The position numbers and the translations under genes are program-made. DNA of 64,000 nt from the human T2T-CHM13v2.0 reference genome, Homo sapiens: assembly GCF_009914755.1 (NCBI RefSeq), contig NC_060929.1. One strand, given 5' to 3'. The notes below the pieces were generated by a model. That model made no database searches. It was not told the DNA's origin and saw only the letters and a program-made list of their open reading frames with translations. This document shows, piece after piece, positions 1 through 24,530 of the stretch (its first letter is position 1; each line of letters starts with the position of its first letter).

Positions 1-600
<600 letters not shown>

Positions 601-867
601 CAGGCAGCAGTCTCACCTAAACCATCTTCCCCAAAGACCACTGAGGATCAGGCCCTGGGATACATATGCAGATGAAGGACGGGAGGAGGGCCTTGTTCTG
701 AGTTGCAGCTGGAAGGGTGAGGGGTAGGGAATGGTAGCAAGACAAGTAAGTAGGTACTTAAAGGAGGAGTAGGACTTTGCCAGGTGGGTTGAGGATGGAA
801 AATGGAGAACTTCTAGGCAGAGGGAAGAGCCGAGCAGGGCTTTCTTTTTCTTTTTTTTTGAGACTGA

Positions 868-966
<99 letters not shown>

Positions 967-969
967 TGA

Positions 970-1176
<207 letters not shown>

Positions 1177-1544
1177 TAGTAGAAATGGGGTTTCACCTTA
1201 TTGGCCAGGCTGGTCTCGAACTCCGGACCTCAGGTGATCTGCCCGCCTCAGCGCCAAAGTGCTGGGATTACAGGTGTGAGCCACTGTACCCGGCAGGGCA
1301 GGACTTTCATATTTCAGATGTGAACACGAGCTTGGATAGGATTGGTGCTGGGAAGAGCAGAAGAGGAAGCTGGGAAGGTGGACCAGTGCACTATGTGAAG
1401 GTGCCCTACAGGCAGGCTCGGAAGCTTAGACTTCCTTTTGTGGGTAAGAGGGAACTGCTGAAGGATTAGAAAGCCGGGGTTAGATCTGGATTCTGAAAGC
1501 AATCTGGGAGGATATCTAGCATAGCCAACAGCATTATTGCCCTC

Positions 1545-1690
1545 ATCATTCAGTCATTTGATAGACTTGAACTAGCATCTGCTCTGTGCCAGACTCTGGT
1601 CTTGGGAAGGGGACCTGAAACAGCCTCTGCCTGCCCTCAAGGTGCTCCTAATCCAGCTTGGAAGACAGATGCGTGTATAGACCACAGTCC
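1545..1690 (-). mobile_element. LINE-2 3' fragment
   Basis: cattcagtcatttg...ctctgtgccagactctgg...cctgccctcaaggtgctc resembles the reverse complement of the L2 3' end. Confidence 0.5.
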
Positions 1691-2057
1691 AGTGTGTTCA
1701 CTGACATCCTGGGGTGTGTGCCATGGGCTAGACCTATGCATAGGGCTCAAAGTATCAGGGATTGTGCACACTAAACATGACTTTTATTCCAAACAAACTG
1801 TGCCCTCAGGAAGTCCAAAGTCCAGATAACAGACAAGTCCCATTTTGCTCACTTCTCTCTGCACCCCCCACCCCTGCCCAGTAAGTGCTGATTCTATTAT
1901 GTGAAAAAGGGAGCTATGTGTTGTTTCTAATTCCTCTTCTGCCCATGGGCAGTGAGAAGAGAAAGAACTAGAGCAGGGTTCCCTCTGTTATGCCTTCGTT
2001 AATTCATAATACACTTATCCCTCACATATAGGTGGACAGAGGCTGGATGGTACATAC

Positions 2058-2103
2058 CATCCCCAAGATCTGGTTCAGGGAGATGGTCTCTGGAAGCCCA
2101 CAT
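2058..2103 (-). CDS. CBY3: CBY3 coding exon 1 (MWASRDHLPEPDLGD + 1 nt)
   Basis: ATG at 2103-2101 and donor GATG|GTATGT at 2057. The 46-nt phase-1 exon joins exon 2 in frame (G+CA = Ala) and matches the CBY3 N-terminus as I recall it. Confidence 0.85.
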
Positions 2104-2349
2104 CCAGGCCCACCCTTGAGATTGTATCTTCTCGGAGGATGTTTCCCCGTTAGTCCTCACTGTATGTTGTGCCTCACCTGGAAGATGGGGTGGAGTTGCT
2201 GAGCTGCTGTCCCAGGGCTAGTCCCATCTCTGACCCACTCAGCTCTTGTCCACCTGCTATGACTCACAATGCCTCCAGGCCAGGCCACCCCAGGACAAGA
2301 AGGGGTGCTGACCGCTGAGCTGTCAGATAGACTCTGGGCTCTCCCCTGC

Positions 2350-2470
2350 ATGCATTCAGTGCATCATTGAGCACCTACTGTGTTCTAGGAACAGTTCTAG
2401 GGAAGTGAAGAACATATTCCCTCACTGAGCTGTCATTCTTGGCAGGGGAATGAAGGGAGTGATCATAAGC
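2350..2470 (-). mobile_element. LINE-2 3' fragment
   Basis: cattcagtgcatcattgagcacctactgtgttctagg is a typical L2 tail signature. Confidence 0.6.
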
Positions 2471-2537
2471 AGAGTCCAAGACAGGAATTTGTTCTAGGGG
2501 AACTAACAAGATAGTCTCTCAGGAAGCTAACAGAGCG

Positions 2538-2895
2538 TGTCATGGGTCAGGTTCCCTAGAAGCAGAGCCTAAGCTGAGCATTCTTGTTCAAGTGAATTAT
2601 TGGGGAAATGCTCTCAGGAGAAGGGGGTGAGGGAAGCAAGACAGGGCGAGAAAAAGGCTAAGGCTGAGCCAGAGTGTGGTCTCACGTGGAGACTAGCTTC
2701 CGCTTGCTCTCATGGGGAACTCTGAGCACAAATGGCACCACAGTTAGGCCTCCTTAAAGCAAGGGAGCCCGTCTTTTGTACCCTCCTTCTACATGTCAGT
2801 TATTGGCCAGGGCAGCTGAGAGTTACCAGCCAGCTCCTACAGCACCTATGGGATGGGTGCACCACCAGTGATAGGGATCTCAGTAGGGCGCCAGC
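2538..2895. mobile_element. Old ERVL-class solo LTR remnant (LTR33/LTR16-like)
   Basis: tgtcatgggtcaggttccctagaagcagagcct...ttattggggaaatgctctcaggag resembles ERVL LTR ends as I recall them; subfamily uncertain. Confidence 0.45.
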
Positions 2896-3330
2896 TGAGG
2901 AGGGAGGAAGATAATAGGATAGATGATGAAAATGAAAGGGCAGACTAGCCAACATGGCAAGACCCCATCTCTACAAAAACAAATTAGCTGGGCGTGGTGG
3001 CATGCGACTGTAGTCCCAGCTACTCAAGAGGCTGAGGTGGGAGGATCACCTGAGCCCAAGAGGTGAAAGCTGCAGTGAGCAGTGATTGTGCCACTGCACT
3101 CCAGCATGGGCGATAGAGACCCTGTGTTTAAAAAAAAAAAAAAAAAAAAGAGGGCCAGGCGCGATGTTTCATGCCTGTAAATCCCAGCACTTTGGGAGGG
3201 GAAGGTGGGTGGATCACCTGAAGTCAGAAGCTCGAGAACTGCCTGACCAACATGGTGAAACTCCGTGTCTACTAAAAATAGAAAAAATTAGCCGGGTGTG
3301 GTGGCGGGTGCCTGTAATCTCAGCTACTCA

Positions 3331-3435
<105 letters not shown>

Positions 3436-3632
3436 TCAAAAAAAAAAAAAAGGAATGATTAAATTAATAAGAATATCCAGGCCGGGCACGGTGGCTCACG
3501 CCTGTAATCCCAGCACTTTGGAAGGCTGAGGCAGGCGGATCATGAGGTCAGGAGATCGAGATCATCCTGGCTAACATGGTGAAACCCTGTCTCTAATAAA
3601 AATACAAAAAATTGGCCGGGTGCAGTGGCTCA

Positions 3633-4157
<525 letters not shown>

Positions 4158-4277
4158 TCAGTCCTACCTACTAAGCCCACCCACCTGACTGCAAGGGACA
4201 GACCCAGATCCACAGGAGCTCACAAGCTGGGGCAGAGCCCGGTGGTGGTGCCACCTCCTAGGAAACTTCTGTAATAG

Positions 4278-8755
<4,478 letters not shown>

Positions 8756-8998
8756 CATGCTCACTGTTGAAAGCTTTCTCTTCTTGTCATGAAGACACTC
8801 AAGAGCTTAAATCAACCCCCAGAAGGTTGTCTGATGGACATGGAATCAGAGCCCAGGAATATTTTAACCAAGCCAGTGATTCATATTCATTCTTTCTCCC
8901 TCCACAGTATGTCTATGTTATTAAAGTCAATTTTCAGCCACGCACGGTGGCTCATGCCTGTAATCTCAGCAATTTGGGAGACTGAGGCAGGCAGATCA

Positions 8999-9457
<459 letters not shown>

Positions 9458-9856
9458 TGATCTCTTGACCTCAGGATCCGCCTGGCTTAGCCTCCCAAAG
9501 TGCTGGGATTACGAGCGTGAGCGACGGTGCCTGGCCTAAGGTCAATTTTTTTTTTTTTTTTTTTGAGACGGAGTCTCACTCTGTCGCCCAGGCTGGAGCG
9601 CAGTGGCACAATCTCGGTTCACTGCAAGCTCTGCCTCCCGGGTTCACGCCATTCTTCTGCCTTAGCCTGCCAACTAGCTGGGAATATAGGTGCCCACCAC
9701 CACGCGCAGCTCATTTTTTGTATTTTTAGTAGAGACGGGGTCTCACCGTGTTAGCCAGGATGGTCTCGATCTCCTGACCTTGTGATCCACCTGCCTCAGC
9801 CTCCCAAAGTGCTGGGATAACAGGCGTGAGCCACTGCGCCCGGCCGCCTAAGGTCA

Positions 9857-9991
<135 letters not shown>

Positions 9992-10127
9992 CTACTAAAA
10001 ATACGAAAATTAGCCAGAGTGCTCCAGGGGCTGAGGCAAAAGGATAACTTGAGGCCAGGAGTTTGATGGTGCAGTGAGCCATGATCGTACCACTGCACTC
10101 CAGCCTGGACAACAGAGTGAGACACTA

Positions 10128-10346
<219 letters not shown>

Positions 10347-10589
10347 TTAAACCCAGGAGGCAGAGGTTGCAGTGAGCAGAGATCGTGCCACAGCAGTCCA
10401 GTCTGGGTGACAGAGCTGTCTCAAAAACGACAGCAAGAACAACAATAACAAAAAACCAACGAAAACATACGTCAGACCGATCATAGATGACCACTAGGAA
10501 TGGTACACAACTTCCCTTATTTCATGGCCTACCAAAAAGAGAAAGCTACAAAACCCAACAAGTTTTTTTTTTTTTTTTTTTTTTTTTGA

Positions 10590-10936
<347 letters not shown>

Positions 10937-11454
10937 TGAACAGGAAATGTTAGGAGAGATGATGGATAATTCCCACTTAAAATGGATGTTAACTCCTTTC
11001 ACAAGAAGACCTTGATTTTGAGGACATTTAATGAAGACTTCAGAATTTAAAGATTCACAATTTAAAAAATGGCTCCTGGTTCCTTTGAGGATCCCCATCT
11101 CAATGTCACTGAAAAGATGAGGTTTGGAGCCCGTGAGGAAGGGAAGGGTGTGCTACCGGGTCCCAACAGGTCTGAATTGAAGGACATAAGGTTTATTCTG
11201 ATGGCAGAAAGGAAAGGAGAAGAGCATCTGAAGATTTTTCAGAGTTTTCCACATCACCAGCATTTCTACCACACTGGCTGTGAATCACACTGGGTGTGAA
11301 TGTCAGTGGGTCTCTTCTGGCAACCAAGAGGAATATTCCCCAAACCAAGGAAGCTAAATCTTGTTTTTCCCCATGGAAATTTCAGTCTGGCTTCTGTGAT
11401 AGTCTGTTAGTGACATTTGCCCTTCCCTGAAACAACATGGTGTTCTCTGTGCTA

Positions 11455-11595
<141 letters not shown>

Positions 11596-11598
11596 TTA

Positions 11599-11852
<254 letters not shown>

Positions 11853-11887
11853 TCACGAGGTCAGGAGTTGGAGACCAGCCTGACTTA

Positions 11888-12067
<180 letters not shown>

Positions 12068-12200
12068 TCAAAAAAAAAAATAATAAGTAACATAAATGTT
12101 AATTTGACTTTTTGGTTTGTATTATAGGTAAAATTATAAACATGGTTTTATATTGATATGAGCTATAAATTTATAGTGGGTTTATGTTTATAGACATTGA

Positions 12201-12371
<171 letters not shown>

Positions 12372-12960
12372 TAATTTTTGTATTTTTGGTAGAGATGGGG
12401 TTTCGCCTCGTTGGCCAGGCTGGTCTCGAACTCCTGGCCTCGAGTGATCCACCCACCTCAGCCTCCCAAAGTGCTGGGATTACAGGTGTGAGCCATCGTG
12501 CCTGGCCTATATACATTTAAACAACACTGTGTGGCTGGTTAATATTTTGAAATGTTAGCCAGTGTATTGTTTTTTCAGGCAGACCAAGCTGAGTAAAAAA
12601 GTGAGTGGGCCGGGCACAGTGCTTCATGCCTGTAATCCCAGCATTTTGTGAGGTCAGGGTGGGAGGATCCCTTTAAGCCCAGGAGTTTGAGACCAGCTTG
12701 GGCAACACAGGGAGATCCCATCTCTGCAAAGAAAAAAAAGAAAAAAAAATGAGTCAAATTGCCTGATCATGAAAGGGAGAATGAAGCAGATGTCATTTGG
12801 CTCTGGAAGACAGGAAGAGCCACTACACTGCAATCCCAGCTCGGGATAGCATGAGGCGAGGCAGTACTCTCTTCCTCTCCTTGGGCTCTTTGACATCCCT
12901 ATATACTTTCCTTGAGGTAGTTTCACTATATCTCTCTTCTTTATTATTTATTTTATTTAA

Positions 12961-13168
<208 letters not shown>

Positions 13169-13246
13169 TAGCCAGGACAGTCTCGATCTCCTGACCTCAT
13201 GATCCACCCACCTCAGCCTCCCAAAGTGCTGGGATAACAGGCGTGA

Positions 13247-13603
<357 letters not shown>

Positions 13604-13710
13604 TAAAGGTCTGGGAGCAGTGGTTCACATCTGTAATCCCAGCACTTTCAGAGGCCAATGGAGGATGATCACTTGGAGCAGCCCCTGAGCAACAAAGAGC
13701 CCCTGTCTAA

Positions 13711-13863
<153 letters not shown>

Positions 13864-15160
13864 TAATTTTTTATTTTCTGTACAGATAGGGTTTTGCCAT
13901 GTTGCCCAGGCTGGTCTCAAACTCCTGGGCTCAAGTGATCTGCCTGCCTCGGCCTCCCAAATTGCTGGCATTACTGGCAAGAGCCATCGCATGAGCACAT
14001 AGTACATAATGATTCCTTACAAACCAGTATGAAAAAGACAAAACCTAGGCTGGGCGTGGTGGCTCACGCCTGTAATCCCAGCACTTTGGGAGGCCAAGGC
14101 GGGTGGATCACGAGGTCAGGAGTTCAAGACCAGCCTGGCCAAGAAGGTGAAACCCCATCTCTACTAAAAATACAAAAAATTAGCCGGGCACAGTGGCAGG
14201 CGCCTGTAGTCCCTGCTACTCAGGAGGCTGAGGAAGGAGAATCATGTGAACTCGGAGGGTGGTGGTTGCAGTGAGCCGAGATCATGCCACTGCACTCCAG
14301 CCTGGGCAACAAAGTGAAACTCCGTCTCAAAAAAAAAAAAAAAAAGACAAACCCTATAGTGGAAAAATGGACAAACGACATGAATAGAGAATTCACAAAG
14401 GAAAAAAAATATATATGGTTAATGAACATGAAAAATGTTGGCCAGGTGCTGTGGTTCACACCTGTAATATCAGCACTTTGGAAGGCTGAGGCAGGGAGAT
14501 CACTTGAGCCCAGGAGTTTGAGACCAGCCTGGGCAAGAAAGTGAGACTCTATCTCTACAAAAAATAAAAATTAGGCTGGGCACGGTGGCTCAGGCCTGTA
14601 ATCCCAGCACTTTGGGAGGCCAAGGCAAGTGGATCACCTGAGCTTAGAAGTTTGAGACCAGCCTGGCCAACATGGCGAAACCCGATCTCTACTAAAAATA
14701 GAGAAATTAGCCGGGTGAGGTGGCACATGCCTGTAGTCCCAGCTACTCTGGAGGCTGAGGCAGGAGAATCGCTTAAACTGGGAGGTAGAGGTTGCAGTGA
14801 GCCGAGATTGTACACTGTACTCTAGCCTGGGCAACAGTGAGAATCTGTCTCAAAAAAATAAAATAAAAATAAAAACTAGCCACGCATGGTGGTGCATGCC
14901 TATAGTCTTAGCCACTTGGGAGGCTGAGGCAAGAGGATCCCTTGAGCCCAGAAGTTTGAGGCTGCAGTGAGCCATGATTGTGCCACTGTACTCTAGCCTG
15001 GCCGGTAACTTGTCTTAAAAAAAAAAAAAGTTTAATTTCACTGTAATAAAATAAACTTCAATTAACATAGTTACATATCTTTTTCTTTGTCCATCATTTT
15101 GACAATGCCAGATTAGCATGAGTATAGAGAAACTTTAGAGAAATGACCATTACCAGCCTA

Positions 15161-15981
<821 letters not shown>

Positions 15982-16077
15982 GTAAATGGATAAAAATGTG
16001 AGTGCTCCCTCTCTCTGTGTGCCCACTTTCTCCTTCAAGCAAAAGGTAGGCATGAGCAAGGATGAGGGTGGCTTTGA

Positions 16078-16478
<401 letters not shown>

Positions 16479-16531
16479 TGATCCACCCGCCTCGGCTTCC
16501 CAAAGTGCTAGGATTACAGGCGTGAGTTTGA

Positions 16532-17101
<570 letters not shown>

Positions 17102-17371
17102 TGAGCCACTGTGCCTGGCCTATTTTTATTTTTTTAGACAGGGTGTTACTCTGGTACAGTGGCCCAATCTTGGCTCACTGCAGCCTTGACCTCTTGGCCT
17201 TAGACAATCCTCCCACCTCGGCCTCCTGAGTAGCTGAGACTACAGGCTCAAGCCACTATGCCAAGCTAATTTTTGTATATTTTGTAGAGATGGGGTCTTG
17301 TCATGTTGCCCAGGCTGGTCTTGAATCCTGGGTTCAAGTGATCCACCCACCTTCGCCTCCCAAAGTGCTGA

Positions 17372-17777
<406 letters not shown>

Positions 17778-17970
17778 TAGAGTTTCAGGCCCCCTCTCCA
17801 GCATTAACCTTTCCTAGCAGTTTCTCGTGTTTCTTTCTAGTAAGCTTGTTTGGCCAAGCTTACATGTATGAGAATACATCTCCCTTTTCAGTATGAAAGG
17901 AAACACACCTTTCTCTGTGCTTTTTCACATGACACTAAATCTTGACTGTTGCTCCATGTCAGAATGTAAA

Positions 17971-18226
17971 CAGGCTGTAAACCTCTTGTTACTGCACTTC
18001 CTTTTATTGGTTTTCACAGATGCTGTGTTTTTACAAATTGAATGTGGCAACCCTGCATCAAGTAAGTCTATAAGCACCATTTTTCCAACAGCACGTACTC
18101 ACTTCTGGTCTCTGTCACATTTTGGGAATTCGTATAATATGTTTTCATTATTATATCTGTCATGGTGATCCAGGTTGATGTTACTATTGTAATTGCTTTG
18201 GACTGCACAAACGATGCCCATGTAAA
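17971..18226 (+). mobile_element. Tigger1 DNA transposon 5' fragment
   Basis: cagg...ttttacaaattgaatgtggcaaccctgcatcaagtaagtctataagcaccatttttccaacagcac follows the Tigger1 left end. Confidence 0.75.
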
Positions 18227-18913
18227 ACATCTGTTTGTTTTTATTATTTATTTATTTAGAGACGGGTTCTCACTCTGTTGCCCAGGCTGGATGAAATGCA
18301 GTGGCCTGATCTTAGCTCACTGCAGCCTCCTCAATCAGGAGTCAAGGATACTCCTGCCTCAGTCTTCCTAGTATCTGGGTCTACGGGTGTGCACCATGCC
18401 AGGCTAATTTTTTTATTTTTATGTTTGTAGAGACAGGGGTCTCACTATGTTGCCCAGGCTAGTCTTGAACTCCTGGCCTCAAATGATCCACCTGCATCAG
18501 CTTCCCAAAGTGCTCAGATCACAGGGAGAGCCACCTCGCCCAGCCAATTCTGACCTCTTTGCCAGTCCATTCTGGATGGAAGCAGTCCCTCCCCTTCAGA
18601 ATCCCATTGAATTCTCCATAGTACCACAGTCTTTTGGCACTTACCTTTGCAGGAGTAGCTCTTTTGCTCACAAATGTACTTCCTGTAACTACATTTTAAG
18701 CTCATTATTTGGATCATGTAGCATCCAGAATTTTATTCTGCTTTGAATAGCTGCTTCCCCAGGTAGACAGGAAACCAAAATTCTCCTACACAAATTTTGG
18801 GGCTGAAGTTGGGGCGCCGTGGCTCACGCCTGTAATCCCAGCACTGTGGGAGGCCGAGGCAGGTCGATCACCTGAGGTCAGCCTGGCCAACATGGTGAAA
18901 CCTGTCTCTACTA

Positions 18914-19117
<204 letters not shown>

Positions 19118-19684
19118 CTAACTCATGCAAACACCAAACCCTGCCTTTCTTCCCCTTCCCGGTGGCAAGAGGGCTTTTCAGATCAGTGATACATTCGCTG
19201 ATTCTAGTGTTTTCCACCCTAGTAGTCAAGCCTTTGGGTGTCCAAACAAATAGAGAACAAGAGATCAGGATCTCTAAAGGTCTAGAAAAACCCTGGGCCA
19301 CTTCCATTTTGTGAGGTTCTCAGCATACTGAAAACTGAAGATGTACTAAGAGTGGGTTACTAAAATGGTGGCGTATCTTAAATCTTTCCATGGCACCATC
19401 CTTTCTCTCGTCCTGTCATCCCTGTATCTCTCTGCCCTGACACCTAATCTCACTTCAGGAAACATAAATTGAAAGTTCAAATAACCTCGGATTATATTAT
19501 TCTGGACTGTGTGTTATGCTGGGCGACGAGGCTGCGCAGGCTCCTGGGCCGAGCCATGACTCTGCAGGAACTGCGGCGCCGGCTCACACAGCGCGGAGCA
19601 GTGCACGCCAATCCGGCCAGGCGCTCGCGCTGGGTTCTGCTCACGCCCGTAGGGGCCCGCGTTCGCTGCAACGGGCCCTTCCTG

Positions 19685-19786
19685 ATGGCCGATCGTCGGA
19701 CTCCTACCCCTTTTGCCGGCTGCCGTTTGCCCCGTCAGCGAAGGGCGCGCGATGCGTCCCAAGTCTCGGCTCCAGGAACCAGACGG
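19685..19786 (+). CDS. CANX: Alternative upstream CANX coding exon (MADRRTPTPF...GTRR)
   Basis: ATG at 19685 and donor CGG|GTGAGG at 19787. The 102 nt join exon 2 (ATC ATG) in frame, adding 35 aa for 627 aa total. I recall such a database isoform. Confidence 0.6.
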
Positions 19787-19960
19787 GTGAGGGCTACTGG
19801 GGGTTGGGTTGGAACGCCCCGAAGGCACCACAGCAACCGACGCGGGAACGCCTGTTAAAGCAGCCCCGCCCCGAGACGCGCGCGCCCGGCGGTCTCGATC
19901 CAGCGTGGCCCGCCCCTCACCTCCCGCCCAACCAACAGCCACTTCCTGCCTCACTCCCGG

Positions 19961-19979
19961 CCAATCTTCACACTCCACG
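19961..19979 (+). promoter_or_regulatory. ER stress response element (ERSE; NF-Y + ATF6/XBP1)
   Basis: Exact CCAAT-N9-CCACG: CCAAT cttcacact CCACG. Confidence 0.85.
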
Positions 19980-20109
19980 AAGAATAGCCGTAGGGGGCGT
20001 ATGGGACGGTGCGTAGAGCGATGCCCACGCCGGCCAACCGGATGTCGGGGCTTGCGCGGGAGGGCGGGACTTGGCGCCGGCTGTGGCTACTCAGGGGCCA
20101 GGGGCGGGC

Positions 20110-20285
20110 ACAGGGCCGGGCTTCGTGCGGTGGGGCTCGCTCGCGCGGCAGCGGTGGCCGAGGCCTCTTGGTTCTGCGGCACGTGACGGTCGGGCCGCCT
20201 CCGCCTCTCTCTTTACTGCGGCGCGGGGCAAGGTGTGCGGGCGGGAAGGGGCACGGGCACCCCCGCGGTCCCCGGGAGGCTAGAG
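20110..20285 (+). other. CANX: CANX main non-coding exon 1 (start approximate)
   Basis: Donor TAGAG|GTGAGA at 20286. Splicing gives ...ggctagagATCATGG, matching the calnexin mRNA leader as I recall it. Confidence 0.75.
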
Positions 20286-21039
20286 GTGAGAGGGGAGACC
20301 TGAGCGCGTCCTCGGGCCTGTGAGGACCTCGGGGGGCTGGGAGCGCCTCTGCGGCTGAGGGGTCGGGCGTGGCCGGCGACTGAGGGGTCGGGCTGGCTCT
20401 TGAGGGCCCAGGCCCTGGCCGACGCGCCCGCCGTGAGCGAGGAGGCCCGAATCCGGGCGTCTTTGGTTGGGTTGCGGGCCCAGGCCGCGCCGCCGGGGTC
20501 GGGAGGCGTGGCAGGTGGCCCGACAGCCTTCTTTGACCTCTGGGAAAGCTGACTTATTCCTATGGCTTTGCTTCTAGGGCTTTCTTAGGCCTCTTTGCCG
20601 GCTGCCTGGGCAGCCGCGAGGTGGGCTGGAGTAACTGGGTAAAAGTATAGGGTGGAATCGGGCCTACTAGGTACCCCTAGTAGTAGGGAAGGGTGGTATT
20701 AGACCGAGAGGGAATGTTTACAACTAGCGTTACAGTTTAATATTTGAAAATCCAAAGCGGAGACTGGACCCTAGTTCCCTGAAGAGAAAGGGGAATGTAC
20801 CAGAAGGAGAACACGCAGTGGTTGAGAAACTTAGCAGTTACAGCACCTATTCTGGAGGCGAGTAATCCAGTTGGAGAGGGACAGGGCGTTAAAAGCAGGA
20901 AAGCCCCCGAAAGCTCATCTAAGTGCATCTCTTTCCACACCGGAGGCCTGGAGGTATGAAATGACTGGCCCAAGGTCATGCGATTAGTGTACTGATGGTG
21001 CTGGGATTATAGTTCAGGGATAGACCGTGCAGTGGTTAA

Positions 21040-21230
21040 CGCTAAGGCCCTGGCTCGAGTCTTTGATTGGTCATTGGTTGCTCTGTGAACTTCGGCAGTT
21101 TTCTTACCCTTTGTGCCCCCGTTCTTGTCAAGTAATGGATATAATAATACCCGATGGATTTGTGAGGATTAAATTAAGATATGTATACAATAAGACAGGG
21201 AAGTCCGACATTTAGTAACTGCTCGATGAT
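21040..21230 (+). mobile_element. MIR element
   Basis: ctctgtgaacttcggcagttttcttaccctttgtgcc...taatggatataataatacc...tgtgaggattaaattaagat is a MIR core. Confidence 0.65.
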
Positions 21231-21945
21231 CATTGCGGTACGTTATTATAATCTGAATGCCTTTGGACCAATACACTGCCATCCTAGTGAACTGGTTCAG
21301 TCCTGTTTCGCAGGACCTGAGGTCACAGTTATGGTGATAGAAGAAACCGGGCATTGTGTATTACCGCTGGGCATGACACAAGTGATTGCTGGTTGAGGGA
21401 AGTTAAACTGAGCTTAATATTAAAAGATTGAGAGGACAAGATTAACCATAGTTAAGTCTTTTTACCTCTGATTTAGGAAATGGAAGATTTTGCTTAATTT
21501 TTTAATAAGTAGATTTTTTTAAGGGGGAAGAATTTTATTGATCTTTAAAATCATTCTGTATCTCAGTCTTTTCCCAACATTGTTTGAGGGTCATGAATAG
21601 AAGCAACTGCCATATGGATCAACTGTTGTACATTTGGTATAATTATACTTAGAGCAGAGGTAAAGGACTATGTGGGAGTTCTCCTGTGCATCAGCCAGGG
21701 TGCACACACAAGCCAGGTAACTGGATCATGAGAATGCTCGAGTGAACTGTGTGTGGGGGTCAGTGTTGCACAACAGAAATTTTCTGACTTATCTGCAAAT
21801 GGCTGTCAGCATTCCCCGACACCTTACTATCCTTACTCCCCAGTTCATTTAGCGCATTATCTTCTCAGGGCCACAAGGGATAAGTGTTTTGACAGAAGTC
21901 GTTGCTGCCGTTTTGGCAATCACACTATTGCATCCTTTTAGTTAG

Positions 21946-22286
<341 letters not shown>

Positions 22287-22820
22287 TGATCCGCCCACCT
22301 CGGCCTCCCAAAATGCTGGGATTACAGGCGTGAGCCACTGCGCCCGGCCCAGTGTGGTAGCTTTTGTCCCACTTTGGTTTCCGTAACTTCAAAATAGGAA
22401 TGAGAAGTCTCCTGGGTTCCTCACCTTTAGGGGGCAATTGGGAGGGGCAGATAAAATGGTGAACATGAAACTACTTTAAAAAGTGTAATGAATTGGCTGG
22501 GCACGGTGGCTCTCACGCCTGTAGTTCGAGCACTTTGGGAGGCTGAGGTGGGCGGATTACTTGAGGCCAGGAGTTGGTAACCAGCCTCGCCAAAATGGTG
22601 AAACCCTGTCTCTACTAAAAATACAGAAAATTAACCTCCAGCTACTCGGGAGGCTGAGGCAGGAGAATCACTAAACCTGGAAGGCGGAGGTTGCAGTGAG
22701 CGGAGATGGTTCCATTGCACTCCAGCCTGGGTGACAGAGTGAGACTCCATCTCAGGAAAAACAAAAAAAAAAGTGTAATGAACTGTGCAAATAGAATACG
22801 CCGTTTATAATAACTCCTAG

Positions 22821-23330
<510 letters not shown>

Positions 23331-24341
23331 TGATCTTCCTGCCTCAGTCTCCTGAGTGAGTAGCTGGATCCACAGGCGGATGACGCTACACTCAGCTAAT
23401 TTTTTTTTTTTTCCTAATTTTTCATAGATACTTCGCTTTGTTGCCCAGGCTGGTCTCGAACTCCTGAGCTCAAGCGATCATCCTGCTTCCTCCAACTCCC
23501 AGAGTTCTGGGATTACACGCGCGAGCCACGATGCCAACCAGGAGACCAGAAATTAAGCTCAGCTTTCTTTCTCTCCCTTCTTCCCTCCCTCCCTCCCTCC
23601 TTTCCTTCCTTCCTTCTTTTTTAAAACTTTGTGGTATCTGTTTGTGAATTGCTTATTTTACTTACCATATTGTCTTCAAAGTTCATCCATGTTATAGCCG
23701 GTGATGGGATTTCCTTCCTTTTTGAGATTGAATAGTATTCCATTGTATGCCTATGCCACATATGGTTTAATCATTCATCCATTGATGGACACTTGGGTTG
23801 CTTCTGACTGTTGGCTGTTGTGAGTAGTACTGCTATGAACACGGGTCTGCAAATATCTCTGAAACTCTGCCTTCTTTTTCTGTTTGTTTGTTTGTTTGTT
23901 TAAGGCAGTCTTACTCTGTTGCCCAGGCTTGAATGCAGTGGTGCCATTACAGCTCACTTTATTTTTTATTTTTTTGAGACAGTCTCACTCTTGTTGGCCA
24001 GGCTGCAGTGCAGTGGCGTGATTTCAACTCACACTGCAAACTCCACTTCCCGGGTTCAAGCTATTCTCCTGCCTCAGCCTCCTGAGTAACTGGGATTACA
24101 GGCATCTGCCACCACACCCAGCTAATTTTGTGTTTTTAGTAGAGACAGGGTTTCTCCGTGGTGGTCAGGCTGGTCTTGAACTCCCGAACTCAGGTGATCC
24201 ACCTGCCTCGGCCTCCCAAAGTGCTGTGATTACAGGTGTGAGCCACCACGCCCAGCCTGCCCAGCTAATTTTTGTATTTTTAGTAGAGACAGGGTTTTGC
24301 CATGTTGGCCAGGCTGGTCTCGAATTCCTGACCTCAGATGA

Positions 24342-24530
<189 letters not shown>

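Larger units (their letters stand above)
19515..20630. promoter_or_regulatory. CANX: CANX CpG-island promoter
   Basis: CpG-dense and TATA-less, with GC boxes, ETS-like cores (CACTTCCTG ~19940, CCGGATGT ~20038) and an E-box CACGTGAC at 20180-20187. Confidence 0.92.

Noticed and set aside
12570-12920. Acceptor-like gttttttcAG followed 22 nt later by GTGAGT, suggesting a micro-exon or gene remnant
   Set aside because: The GTGAGT is part of the TSD of the adjacent Alu monomer, and no coherent frame or partner exons were found.
19469-20323. Several 70-166 aa ORFs across the CANX promoter
   Set aside because: Stop-poor CpG-island sequence; only 19685-19786 has a donor that splices in frame to CANX.
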